DNA of 55,882 bases, counting the filler, from Sphacelaria rigidula (lineage: Eukaryota): assembly GCA_964200075.2 (NCBI GenBank). It is 4 parts of 4 records of this genome, joined end to end, with 100 filler letters (N's around TTAATTAATTAA, not from the genome) between each part and the next. Parts side by side here need not be neighbours in the genome. Positions count along the whole stretch, not along the records: positions 1 to 13,896 come from CAXNAA020002600.1; 3 more parts are not named here. One strand, 5' to 3'. Both the position numbers and the translations under genes were made by a program. Below, piece after piece: positions 1 through 11,000 of this stretch (its first letter is position 1; every line of letters starts with the position of its first letter). The notes beneath the pieces were generated by a model, which was not told the origin of the DNA, made no database searches, and saw only the letters and a program-made list of their open reading frames with translations.

Positions 1-51
1 GGAAAAATACCCCGGGTATACAGAAAACGGTACCTTACAGAACACAACCTT

Positions 52-227
52 GGAAAATTCCCCCCTGTTTTTTTATCGCTTGACCGTTTTTTGTTGAAAA
101 TCCGTGTTTGGCCAAAAATGAAAGTGCGGCCAGCGGGAAATGCAAAGTTGCCCTGGAACGTCCTCGATGAGTGGAGCAAGTCATTCCAAGGCGTCAACAT
201 CCGCCTAGCCCTCTTTTCGGGCGTAAA
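52..227. mobile_element. Partial right arm of foldback MITE family A
   Basis: Direct-repeat copy of 446-621 (GAAAATTCCC...TATCGCTTGACCG...GTGCGGCCAGCGGGAAATG...GGCGTAAAA). It stops where the full copy at 228 begins. Confidence 0.8.
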
Positions 228-689
228 AGGCCAACTCTAACGGCAGCCGTTCAAAATTCCTGTCGAAAACTGCCTTTTGGGCCCTTCTCCGTCGATTTAC
301 CCCCGAAAAGAGGGCCAGGCGGATGTTGACGCCTTGGAATGACTTGCTCTACTCGTTGAGACCGATCTAGGGCACCTTTGCGTTTCCCGCTAGCCGCACT
401 TTTTATTTTGGCGAAATGAGGCCAGACACGGATTTTTCAGGTGATGAAAATTCCCTCCTGTTTTTTTTATCGCTTGACCGTTTTTTGTTGAAAACTCGCG
501 TTTGGCCAAAAGTGAAAGTGCGGCCAGCGGGAAATGTAAAGTTGCCCTGGAACGGCCTCCATGAGTAGAGCAAATCATTCCAAGGCATAAGCATCGGCCT
601 AGCCCTCTTTTCAGGCGTAAAACGACGGAGAAGGACCAAAAAAGTAGTTTTGAACATAAATTTCCAACGGCTCCCATTAGAGTCGGTCT
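228..689. mobile_element. Foldback MITE family A (~460 bp, almost entirely palindromic)
   Basis: 228-440 is the reverse complement of 446-689. Termini are AGGCCAACTCTAACGGCAGCCGTTCA ... AACGGCTCCCATTAGAGTCGGTCT. A second full copy lies at 49213-49686. Confidence 0.85.
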
Positions 690-872
690 GAATGTATACT
701 GCGGTCATTTTTTTACCGACATGAAAACGTGCTTGAAACTCCATGCTCGGGCTACCGTATTATCGTCGCCGCACTGTCATACCATGCACTCCATGAAGCA
801 CACCGGCCCCCGCCCGCCCCGCTCCGCGTCGTTGTCACTCGACATGCCACACCCACCGCACGTGCGTAGGAG

Positions 873-1008
873 TTGACGGTGGACGAGTACGCGGAGATGA
901 AGTGTGCAGAAGCATTGGCCAAGAAGGGCAAGTGTCCCGAATGTGTCAGGGAATGTCCTGTGCCGAGCGCAACGTCGACCAAGGCCACCACACGATGTCC
1001 CCCGTGCG
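873..1008 (+). other. Possible isolated Cys-rich exon or gene fragment
   Basis: Translates as LTVDEYAEMKCAEALAKKGKCPECVRECPVPSATSTKATTRCPPC (two CxxC motifs) and ends at a strong donor GCG|GTAAGT. No partner exons were identified. Confidence 0.2.
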
Positions 1009-2250
1009 GTAAGTATTTTATTCTGTTTCTCGTACTTTCATTTGAACCCCTTCCCTCTCCATCCCCCGCTCCCATCGCCCACCGCTCCCTCGGGACGAAT
1101 CCATAGTCTCGAGGAATATCGACCCAGCTCTCTCCTCGAACTCGGCGTTGGATTTTTCTCTCGCGAGAATTGGATTGGCACTCCCAATCTATCGGGTATT
1201 TTTTTACTTGATCTTGTTATCCTGACCTTGAGCATTAGGGTTGGCATGTGGGCGTTCAATTCTGCACTCAGCACCTAGCCGTTTATTCCATTCAGTTTCT
1301 CAGTATAATAGTTATTTCAAACCTCTCATGGTAGTGTTGACGACTGTCGTTGCCGAGTTTTTGTACTTCTTTCACCTTTGGAGGGACTCGACGAAGCTTA
1401 GCACATCCTACGGGTGCCTGTGCGATTGTCTCAGAGAAAGCAGGAGCCCCCGATTGCTCCAAGTGCAGTTGCAAGAGCCGACCGGATTGTCTTTCCACCG
1501 CGGAGTGCACCGAGAGGCAAGGCGAGGTCGCTGCGACTGCTGCGCGGACATCGAATGAGGTAGGGACGCGAGTACACGATCGACGTTCATATCTGTGGGG
1601 GCCTTTTCATTGTGAAAGATATGGATCTTTACTGCAGGAGCATTCGTATTTTCAACATGTGACCACGAAACAAACGCTCTAATGGGTATACATATGCAAA
1701 GCTCGAGCATAATCACGTGGCTCGTGGTCGGAGGGGTAAAAAAAAAAAAAAAACTTCTCCCACGACGCGGTCTGTCCTCTTTGTTCTTTGTTGTCGCCTT
1801 TGTTTACCCTGTTTCCTTTCCCCCTCTATCATCGTGTTTGTACCTTCAAATAATCAACATGCAGTTTGGCCATTTCAAGGTCGTCCACTTTCCCTCGAAG
1901 AATGTCGAGATTTTTCAAACGGTTGGTCGTCCGAGTTATGGCCGTTTCATCGTCAGGGTGTGGTCATCATTTGGATCGGCATCATTATCGCTTGAACAAG
2001 AATGTGAAATCCGCATGACACACCCACCCCCGGAATCAAGTATAACAGTTGACTTTCGTTATCATGATGAAGTATGAGGGGGAACAATACACGAATTTTG
2101 CTCAATGCGTGCTCTCTTGATAACACTCAGGGAGCTCAACTGGGAGAACAAAGATGTAGGACGTGTGTTGACAAGGATTCCAATTATACCCACCGGTTGT
2201 CCGAGTTTCTTGGGTAATTGATTCACACAACGGACGAGCACGAATATGGC

Positions 2251-2894
2251 TAGTGACACTCGCACTCGTCGGGCTGCTCGTTGTGAAAAAGGTTAATAGG
2301 GCGAGTACTCGAGCCATTGCTCGTGGGGGAGGAGTGACTGGCTCGAGCACACGAATCACTATTACTCGTGATGAAATCCTTGCATGCGCCGTCGACGAGT
2401 GGGACCTGCATGCCGCACACATCGCGACCACATCCCCGCTTAGGTATTCCACGCCCCCTTTTACAAATAACCGGGTTAGATCTCACCGGCGCGGAAATAC
2501 CCCTCCTGCAGCTATCACGATTTCCGGGGGGAACTTGAGAACTAGTCGAGGAGTCAGCAATCCGACGAGCAAGTAATTATCATGAGCTCTTCGGCAATCC
2601 TGAACCTAGAATATTCAAGTTCATATGCATATAAGTGCACATGTTCAAGCATCAATCTCCAAAGCTCGTTTTCAGTTGGTTCAAGCACCCCCCCCCGCAC
2701 GCACACACACACACTCGCGCTCGTTGTGTTGCTCGTTGATCGTGAAAATTAATAGGGCGAGTACTCGAGTCATTGCTCGCCGTGGAAAAATGAATGACTC
2801 GAGCACACGAATCATTGCTCGTCGTGAAAAAATCAATTACTCGAGCAACGAGTCACGCTCGTTATGTTTTCAGAAAGCATCCACGAGCGCACTA
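2251..2894. repeat. Duplicated ~120-bp unit rich in CTCG/CGAG motifs (transposon-subterminal-like)
   Basis: 2257-2380 resembles 2712-2835 (TTAATAGGGCGAGTACTCGAG.CATTGCTCG...CTCGAGCACACGAATCA). CTCGAG/GCTCG motifs are dense. No TSD was found. Confidence 0.6.
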
Positions 2895-3487
2895 ATTGAA
2901 GAGGGCCCTCAGTCGAGAGCACAAAATATGTGACAGTAGGGTACGAGAAGCCAAAGCGCCACGTACCGCTCTACTCGGCGTGTTGGGTCCAGCGCTGCAG
3001 GGAGCAAATTTGGAAGAAGGGGCCAAACAAGCTAGCTCATGATCCAGATCGGTACTCTGATAGGAAGTAATATTGAGGTAGCTCATGAGCTGTCCCAAGT
3101 GTGAATGATGCACATTTAGTGCTGCTGATGCCAGGGCGTAAACCGGCTTCACACCCGGTCTACAGGACACGTGTTTCCAATAAGTGATGTCTGTTTTTTT
3201 GCCCCAGCTTCTCGAACCGACGATAGCCGCCAGTTGTTGTAAGCTTGTTCCTGCAGCGATGAATGTAGCATATTGTTTTGCATGTCGCACCTTTAACTGT
3301 TCTTATTCCTCGGGACGAGTCCCTGGCCTCACACAATCATCGCATCTCTCCTCCCAGAACCCAGGGAAATGAACCCCACCTCAGAATCGAGTATTTATTC
3401 GGGCAGGGATGCCCCTCATTTAAGGTAATTATCCAACGGTGGATGTTGGCGACATTTTTGCCTTGCACGAGACGCTACCAAAGCCAA

Positions 3488-3532
<45 letters not shown>

Positions 3533-3930
3533 ACCCCCCCCCGCCCCCCCGGCGCGGCCCCGCCGACCCGGCGAAACGGCAACAGCCCACCCGCCACCCG
3601 CCCACCTGTCNNNNNNNNNNGTTTTTGGCCGCTTTTTCGCCTTGCCCCAGACCCCAACAAAACCCCAAACCCCCCCCCCCCCCCCCCCCCCCCCCAACAC
3701 GAGACCTGCACAAGAATACACGTCGGTTTTAAGCTGCATGCACGCACATACAATCCCTTTGTAGTGGAAGTGTCATAATGTTTAGTGAATTGCTAGAACA
3801 GCACGACGAGTTCGGTTTCGGCCGGGTTTTCTATGCGTTCTCGAAGGCCTCTGAGGGAGGTGGGGAGAACGGGGGCCAGCCTGCATTTCGTACGACCCGT
3901 TGATTTGTACCGTGGCAATGCCACCGATCG

Positions 3931-4434
3931 ATGGACAACCTCAGCATAGGCTCCGGGCCATCCAGAGTAACGCGCCACGAAAATGATGCGGTGATAAATA
4001 TCCAAGATTTCAAGAAAATGGAGCCTTGCTTGATTGAAACAAAACATCAGCGGAACGAACCTGTAACAACCGTAACGACATCTCCCCCCCCCCTCCTCCA
4101 CTCCATCCCGCCCACGTATGTGCAGGGCGGCCTGGACCCGTGGCAAATGATGTGCATGCTATTGGGGATAGTTTGGTTTATCGTAGTGTTCGGTATTACG
4201 TGCTGGAGACAGGTGTACGACCCGACCATAGTAGCCCCTGCTGCAGCTACTCCGGCTACACCAATGCAGAACGGGTCAAGGTCGGGGTATGCGGCCAGCC
4301 CTACACCCAATGTATCGTCAAATGGTGGTGCCTCAGGGAGGGCATCTCAGAGAAGGGTGGGCAGGGCAGCATCAAATGGACGGTTTGATGGCGACGTTCG
4401 GCCGATTACACCCAATAGTGCGGGCGGGCGGTGA
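3931..4434 (+). CDS. Hypothetical 167-aa ORF with one TM helix (possibly a terminal exon or gene relic)
   Basis: Open frame with hydrophobic segment MMCMLLGIVWFIVVFGITCW, then a low-complexity S/G/A/R tail and a T-rich UTR-like stretch. There is an in-frame TGA at 3901 upstream. No recognised domain. Confidence 0.3.
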   Translation: MDNLSIGSGPSRVTRHENDAVINIQDFKKMEPCLIETKHQRNEPVTTVTTSPPPLLHSIPPTYVQGGLDPWQMMCMLLGIVWFIVVFGITCWRQVYDPTIVAPAAATPATPMQNGSRSGYAASPTPNVSSNGGASGRASQRRVGRAASNGRFDGDVRPITPNSAGGR

Positions 4435-5589
4435 TGGCTTGTGTGGGTGTTTTGTGTTATTTTTGCCTTTTGAGGGTGGGTGAATTATTCGTTCATGTAT
4501 GTGTGTTGTTGAGTACATGAGATAATTGCGGAAACATTTTTATTTTGTCAGCTCAACTTTTTTCAGCGTATATCTACAGCTCGCGGCGCTGAAAACCCTT
4601 TTTTCGTCACACAACGCATGCGAAAGTGAAAACGCCGACAGTATGTATTATTGCGTGTTCTCGGAAGTATCGAAATCATGAGGTATACTCGCAGACGAAA
4701 AGAAATGCGTTTCAAAAAGTTTCCGTTGTATGTGCTTGTCTTCTCTGAGACGAGATGATCTGTGATACGCCCGTTCATCAGTTTGTTTTGGAAAACGGAA
4801 CAAGAGCGGGGTTTGCCAGAATGGAACGGTTTGCATACTCGTGCGGTTTTCCTTTTCAGGCGATTCCTTGGATTGACCACGATGGAAAGTAGTTGGGTCC
4901 AGTTGGTTGGGATCGGTATAACAACCTACTTCTTCTCGTTTTGTCAGAAATCAAAATTAAGGGGGGATGGACAACCGCATCAATTACTCTTGCGTAGGCG
5001 GTCAGGGGACTAAGGGGTAGAGGGTGATCCCCATCAAGCAATCTTTTCGTCGAACAATAAGTTGGCCTAGGAGCGTTGGCTGCGTCACACGATTTACCGT
5101 CTACGGTCTTCGAGGTAGGATGGATGACTGGGGCATACCTCGCATGGTGTTAACTGCCTACTGATGTCGAGATCTTGTAGACGCTCGACCCAGCAGCGTG
5201 GACAGTCATGCATACGTGTCCCACGTATCACGTCGACGATATCCCAATAGCCACCCTGTGCATTCTAACGATATGCCCGGGAGGCGTTTTTTTTTGTTTT
5301 TGCGAAAGTGGTGCGGGTTGCGGACGGTCCTCGCACTTGACCCGCCCGCGTCGCTACAGTTCAGCAACCGGTTAACCCCTTGATTGCCCCCATGTGTATA
5401 CCTCTAGACATTATTTTGGAAGTCATTCATGAATGGACGGGCGGATACGCTGGGCATTTCTAGGCTTTCGGGTGATTCTTGATGAAGAGGACCTCCTTCG
5501 TAACTTTTCTGTTGTAGGGGCGCTTCGTATGGCAAACAAAATTGAAAAACCTGGAAAGCTGCCCTTTTCGAGCTTCTTAGCCCTACTTG

Positions 5590-5724
5590 TAAAAGAGAGT
5601 TGGGCGGATTTTGACACGTTTGAATGGCTTGCTGTACTCGTCAAGATGGTTCCAGCAGACCTGTGCGTTTTGCCGGTTGTCGCAGCTTTTTTCTTGGTCA
5701 TACGTTCATTTTTCTCGGAGACCA
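5590..5724. repeat. Diverged relative of MITE family A arm
   Basis: GGGCGGATTTTGACACGTTTGAATGGCTTGCTGTACTCGTCAAGATGGTTCCAG aligns with 318-430 (GGCGGATGTTGACGCCTTGGAATGACTTGCTCTACTCGTTGAGACCG). The inverse-oriented counterpart is at ~6750-6830. Confidence 0.55.
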
Positions 5725-5726
5725 GT

Positions 5727-5945
5727 TAACTCTTGGACAGCGACCCCCACCCCCCCGCGCGCGCGCGCAGGTAGACTCAGTCGAACTTTGCCACATTGGG
5801 CTCCAGAACTGCTCTTTTCTCGCTACACAAAACGCCTCTTTCATGAACACGTGGATATTTGCCATCTGTATAGAAAATAGTCCCGGAGAACCCCTGACCA
5901 GTTTTGATCCTGTAGTCAAATGCGTGCAGAGTCGGTATGTATGTG
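5727..5945 (+). repeat. Dispersed repeat, copy 1 (copy 2 inverted at 27135-27350)
   Basis: CTTGGACAGCGACCCCC...GCTCTTTTCTCGCTACACAAAAC...GGAGAACCCCTGACC...CGTGCAGAGTC matches the reverse complement of 27135-27350. Confidence 0.7.
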
Positions 5946-6394
5946 TGCTGTATGTCTTCACTGGAAACAGCGCAAGAGACAGTACAGTGTAAGTGTGCCA
6001 TCCCTCTCCACTGAACACAATTGACTGCATGCTGTGGATGCCTCTGCTTAGTGCACAACAACAACAACAACACTACAGAAAGCGTGAAACTATGCTGGCA
6101 GCACATGAGGGATCAGGCAGGCGGTGTAGACCACGAGCAGAATACAAAACAAGTTATTTGTACCCATGTAATCTATGGTCGATTTCCCACGACCAAAACG
6201 ACTCGTGGGGGCAGACAGCGAATTAGTCCAATGTAGTCCACCCGAACCGGACGAACGTGCTCATTTTGGCGACCGTGATCGGTCAAAATGGGCATCCCGC
6301 GCCTCTCGGGCCTCGTGCAGTGCTCATAATCTTCCTCAGGAGACTTCCAAACACACAACGTTGACTTGTTGGTGAGCTTTGCGGCTCCTCTGCG

Positions 6395-6830
6395 TACAGA
6401 TACCCCTCCTCAAAAACCGCACATCCCGGCCACCGGAAAACCCCGATTGCCTCCAGACTGTCAGCCTGTGAAACTGTTCCGAGGCGACGCTCGCTGTCTA
6501 AGGGTTGAGTCCACAAAAATTTCGTATCCGGTCTCTGACGAGAAAAATGCAAGTTTGGTGAAGAAAAAAAGTGCAGCCACTGGGAAAACGCTTAGGTGTG
6601 GCTCTGCGGACAGACACCCGCCCCTCTCAAAAACCACATACATACCCCGGCCCTGGAAAACCCCGAATGTCTCCCGGGCTGTCAGCCTGTGAAAAAACTG
6701 TTCCGAGGCAACGCTCGCTGTCCAACGGTTAAGTCCACAAAAATTTCGTGTCCGGTCTCTGAGGAAAATGAAGTTTGGTCAAGAAAAAGAGTGCGGCCAC
6801 TGGAAAAACGAGCAGGTGTGCTGGAACCAT
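6395..6830. repeat. Tandem duplication, 2 x ~220 bp
   Basis: 6405-6600 resembles 6622-6820 (GGAAAACCCCGA..GTCAGCCTGTGAAA..CTGTTCCGAGGC.ACGCTCGCTGTC..GTCCACAAAAATTTCGT.TCCGGTCTCTGA). Confidence 0.85.
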
Positions 6831-6994
6831 GCTCCAAAAAGACAGGTTTCTAGCTTTTTACCCAAGTTTTTACTCTTGGTTGCCGTAAGAAGTGGCCTCA
6901 AGGTCACAGTCGCGTGCTTATTCATCGTCGTCCGAAGAAACATCCCTCGGGACGACGCATTTTTGTCCTCCCTTGTTGTTTCTCGTCCGACAGG

Positions 6995-7125
6995 GCAACA
7001 AGTCGAATTTTGTGTACCCGACATATTGTAGTCGATCTCCACTGTTGGGCACTGTGTGAGAAAAATCCCAGATGGCTCCGAGATTCGAACCCACGACCCA
7101 ACCGTCAGGAGGTTTATCGAGGTAC
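6995..7125 (-). mobile_element. tRNA-derived SINE, 5'-part fragment
   Basis: Homologous to 20030-20152. It carries an intact B box, GGGTTCGAATCTCGG (reverse complement of 7078-7092). Confidence 0.75.
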
Positions 7126-7399
7126 AGTATGTTACCATCATAGGTCTACCTACAGTAGCTATTATAATAATAGGTAAAAAAAAATTTGGGGGGGGGTGGC
7201 GCCCGACCATCGGGTTGGAGTTAAAAGAGCCTGAAAGGAGGGCGGATGGCCGCCAAAATATGGCCGTGGTTTTGTACTACTTTTACTTTTGCTCGTGCGT
7301 AGGGGTACACAAAGCGATGATATCAACCGGTGTGACCACACATCTGCAGGCCAGCGCTGTATAATCAGCCAAATATATGAGCGTAAGATCCACGATTTG

Positions 7400-7610
7400 C
7401 GTACGTGTGTGCGTGTGTTGTCGTCCCATTTATTTTGGACGCCGGTCTACACCTTTCGCGGTATATGTGGGCGCACCAGCCGAGGTCACACAAGGACCGT
7501 CAACACAGGGGCTTTTCTTTTTTTTTTCAGTACCCCACCTTCCTTCTGCGGTGCTTGACTTTACTTTTTATCGCGAGAGGGATTCAGCAGTCCCTTTTCC
7601 TGGTCGACCG
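7400..7610 (-). mobile_element. tRNA-derived SINE, 3'-part fragment
   Basis: Homologous to 19812-20030 (GTGTTGTCGTCCCAT.TATT..GGACGCCGGTCTAC...ACCCCACCTTCCTTCTGCGGTGCTTG...TATCGCGAGAGGG). Confidence 0.8.
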
Positions 7611-8079
7611 TGCTCTCGAAAATATGATTATTTAGCTCGAAACTACAGTACACAGACCACCACAACCATATCAACGGGTCTGACATTGAGTGAACCGACC
7701 TAGTGTGATAAACAAATCAGTTTTCAAGTTTTTTCCATGGGCGGGCGGGCGCGCCGTTCAGAGAGCTCGTGGCTTCATTCGTATCCTCCGCTACAGCACT
7801 TAGCATACATTCATCAACCACACAACGGTAGCCTACCTCCCACAGGACTGTTGAAAGTCAGTTCCTGTATATCTACTCGTGGCACTCAACACTGCTTGTT
7901 GGCGTTGTATACAAAGCGCTGGGGTATCGCATATCCAAAAGGTGCGGAGATTTTCAAATTGAACTTCACCTTCTTTTTGCAGCAGCACATCAGCTGGCAG
8001 AAACAGTCACCGGCAGCAGCACGTCTGGCCATCACGAGCAGTCTCAGCCGGCCGTCTGCGCACATAAGTTTTCGGGACA

Positions 8080-11000
8080 ATGGAACGCAACGAAGATGCC
8101 GTGGTGGCGCTCGAAGAGAAGGCCAAGAGGTTGCTCAAGCGCTGCCGATACGGCGAGGCCAGCTGTGTATTTAAAGAAGTGGCTTCATGTCGAAAGCTAC
8201 AGCGTCAAACGGGCAAGGAACAACTGCAACCAAGGGTCATCGCGGCGGAGATTTCCGCTCTGGAAGGGCTGGCGTTGTGCCTGAGCAGACAACTGGAGTA
8301 AGTTTAGTTATGCGTGTAGTGGGTAGCCGGGGTTTCAAGTGTGGTGTACTTGTCTTGGGGGACGGTTGGGGGAATGTGTTGTACAGTACTTTACCGGGCG
8401 CGGGTGTCGTGCTTGACCCGTCCATCTACGGTATTTAGTATTGTGTACAAGAAGGGGAGCATGAACGAGTAGACGGGCTTTGACTACTGACTGTACAAGA
8501 TTGCATCGAATGTGCGATTGTGCCGTACTGTATGTCTGTACGGCACTGTGCGGTACTGTGCGGTGCTGTACTGTACTGTATGGTACTGTCCTGTGCTGTG
8601 CTATCCTCAAAAGGATACAGTCCCGCGTGGTGATTTGAAGGTCCCTCCAGGAACACAAAAGTAAGCAGCAGATACCAGATACACATCGAAAGGTAAACTT
8701 ATGTGCGGGCGAGCTCCTCCTGTGCGCAGAATGTTACGCGTGTGCATCTGCCTGCAAAGCCTCTTGTTTCGTCGTGATGGACCTGCGGTGTATTTCCGAC
8801 AAAATCTCAGCAAGCGTGGCCCCCATAGCCCCCTTACAGGCAGAGACAGTACTCTCTACCATCCGTATTCATGTGCCGAACCCAACCGACATGTCTTCAG
8901 GCAGCATGCATGTATGTGCGTCTGCAACGTCTAAAAAAAAGTTTCAGTCCAAACATGATGAAACTCTACTCAACCACCATGAGGAACGGGCATGTCCGTA
9001 CTGTCTCCATGTACAGATGCACCGATCATGTATCTACGAGTGAGCTGTCATACCCCTTCACTCGCGTTAAAGACACAAACGCACGAATCAAAGGCCATTT
9101 CCTGCACGATATACTCTGCGATCCCTTTAATTTTTTCCTAGAAGTATAGGCAGCGAAGCCCACATATTTAATGTTCTATGGGCTAGACGCAAGCTTATTT
9201 ACCTTCAACAACGGCGGTCAGTCCGCAGCCGATGTGAACTCGAAAAATCCGACGTGTACTATGGCGATTGTGGTGCGTGGCGGGCTGAAGCTATCCTGCA
9301 CTCCAATAGTTGAGACGGTATTAAACACGTGTAATGCTTGCGTCGGCTGCTGCTGCGCATTTGATAGCCGCTAGTGGCGGGTGATGAAGATGACATCATG
9401 TGTAGGTACAGCAGGTGTAGAGGTCTGTAGATTTGCGGAGGCCGACCGCGTCAGGAAATCGATGCTATCTTCACTTGCTGCATGCGCAAACTGTATGCGC
9501 GGGGTACCCGCTCCTGAGAATGAGCAAATGTCTGAAGGAGTAGTGAAGCATTCGAGCGAGAGACAATCTCTCTCGGCGTGGCGAGGGAGTATACTGTCTG
9601 CACTGTACACTCTGCAGAAGCAGTGTGCGCGAGAGTAAGAGTATGTACTGTGTGTCGACGTTTTCAGTGCGGCACAGACAATACAGACAGGAGGAGTATT
9701 GGGGGTCTTGTGTATGCTTTTAACCATTGATCGCGAACCCGCCGCTGGTGAACTTAGATGAAATTGCAATACAGGCTGATTCACGGTTTTGACCAAAGAA
9801 TGTGTCATCAGTAAAAGTCTTCCGCAGTACCCACCCAATATGGTCGCAAACATGGTGGTATCATACTGACCGCAATGAACAAACGAAGAGGGTGACATGG
9901 GCAAGTTATTGTTTTAGGGCCAAAGCGTTGGCTGCTATGGGCGAAAAGGTACCTCGACCAATCAGCGCCCTTTAATTTGTTCCGAAACTGAATATATGAT
10001 GTTCCACGTTAACCCTTGGAACGCGAGGGCAGTCCATCTGGATTACGCATATTTTTTCCAAGTGAAATTGACGTTGATTCAACATATGATCTACTCTTGC
10101 TGTCTAGGGGTTAATTTTTACCCCATCTCCACATGCTCGAGTCGTAGTAACCCACCACCGACTAGGAAATCGAACGGTAAAGCAGTTTTGAAAACGGTCA
10201 CTACGGGATCGAGTCATACCCCCAAACCGTGGTATTTCGATGATGTGGGGTTTGGCATAGTCGTCGGATTTGCACTGATGTCACTCGTAGCAACAAAGAC
10301 CCACAGAGCCTCCTCACAACAGTTTCCCTTAAATCTGTCGTAGAAAAGCTCAGGCCGTCCTCCAACATGGTCGTGGCGTAGGAATTAGTGCTTCAGCTGG
10401 GAAAATATGTATCGTTGAAGAATATTCCAAAAAATCTCCGCTCTTTTCCGGCTTCCGGGGTTCTTCACGCTGGAACCCCCGGAAACCGATACAGAATGCC
10501 TCTGAAGAAAGAGTACCAATGTGTGTTCCGGGGTAGTCCAAATATTGTATCTGTAAAGTCTGGTTGCGAAACTCCAAAGCCTGGTGCAGTTTTCCTCGCA
10601 TTAACGTTGAACGTACCGAAAAAACGTCTTCATACTATATATAATGAAGTACTTATTATAGGGGTTCGCACGTTTCACGCTCACTTAACTACACGAGAGC
10701 GCACATGTTATCGTCGATTTTTGGAGTTCGAAGCTGAAACTCTGCCCAGATATACTATAATGTTATATGAGACATTACAAAACTTTGTACAAAATGTCGT
10801 ATTTCGACTCCTTGTTTTTCGACCGTTGTACGGGGTCCCAGGGTTCTGGCGATGCCCTTGTAGGACCTCCGATAGCTGGCGAAAAAAACAAAAACCGAAG
10901 ACCCCATTCATGCAAAGCTTTGTAATGTGCCATATTATATCTGTGGAAAATTTCAGAGTCTGATAACTCCAGGACTTTGGCGTGAAAATTTGCGGATGAG

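Noticed and set aside
3416-3753. Poly-Pro/poly-Gly ORFs (also 14025-14270, 40395-40965, 50666-51149)
   Set aside because: They are translations of C/G homopolymers and low-quality sequence around N gaps.
10388-10963. 191-aa ORF
   Set aside because: It lies in intron 2 of the TPR-like gene, has a GTG start and repeat-like composition, and shows no recognisable motif.
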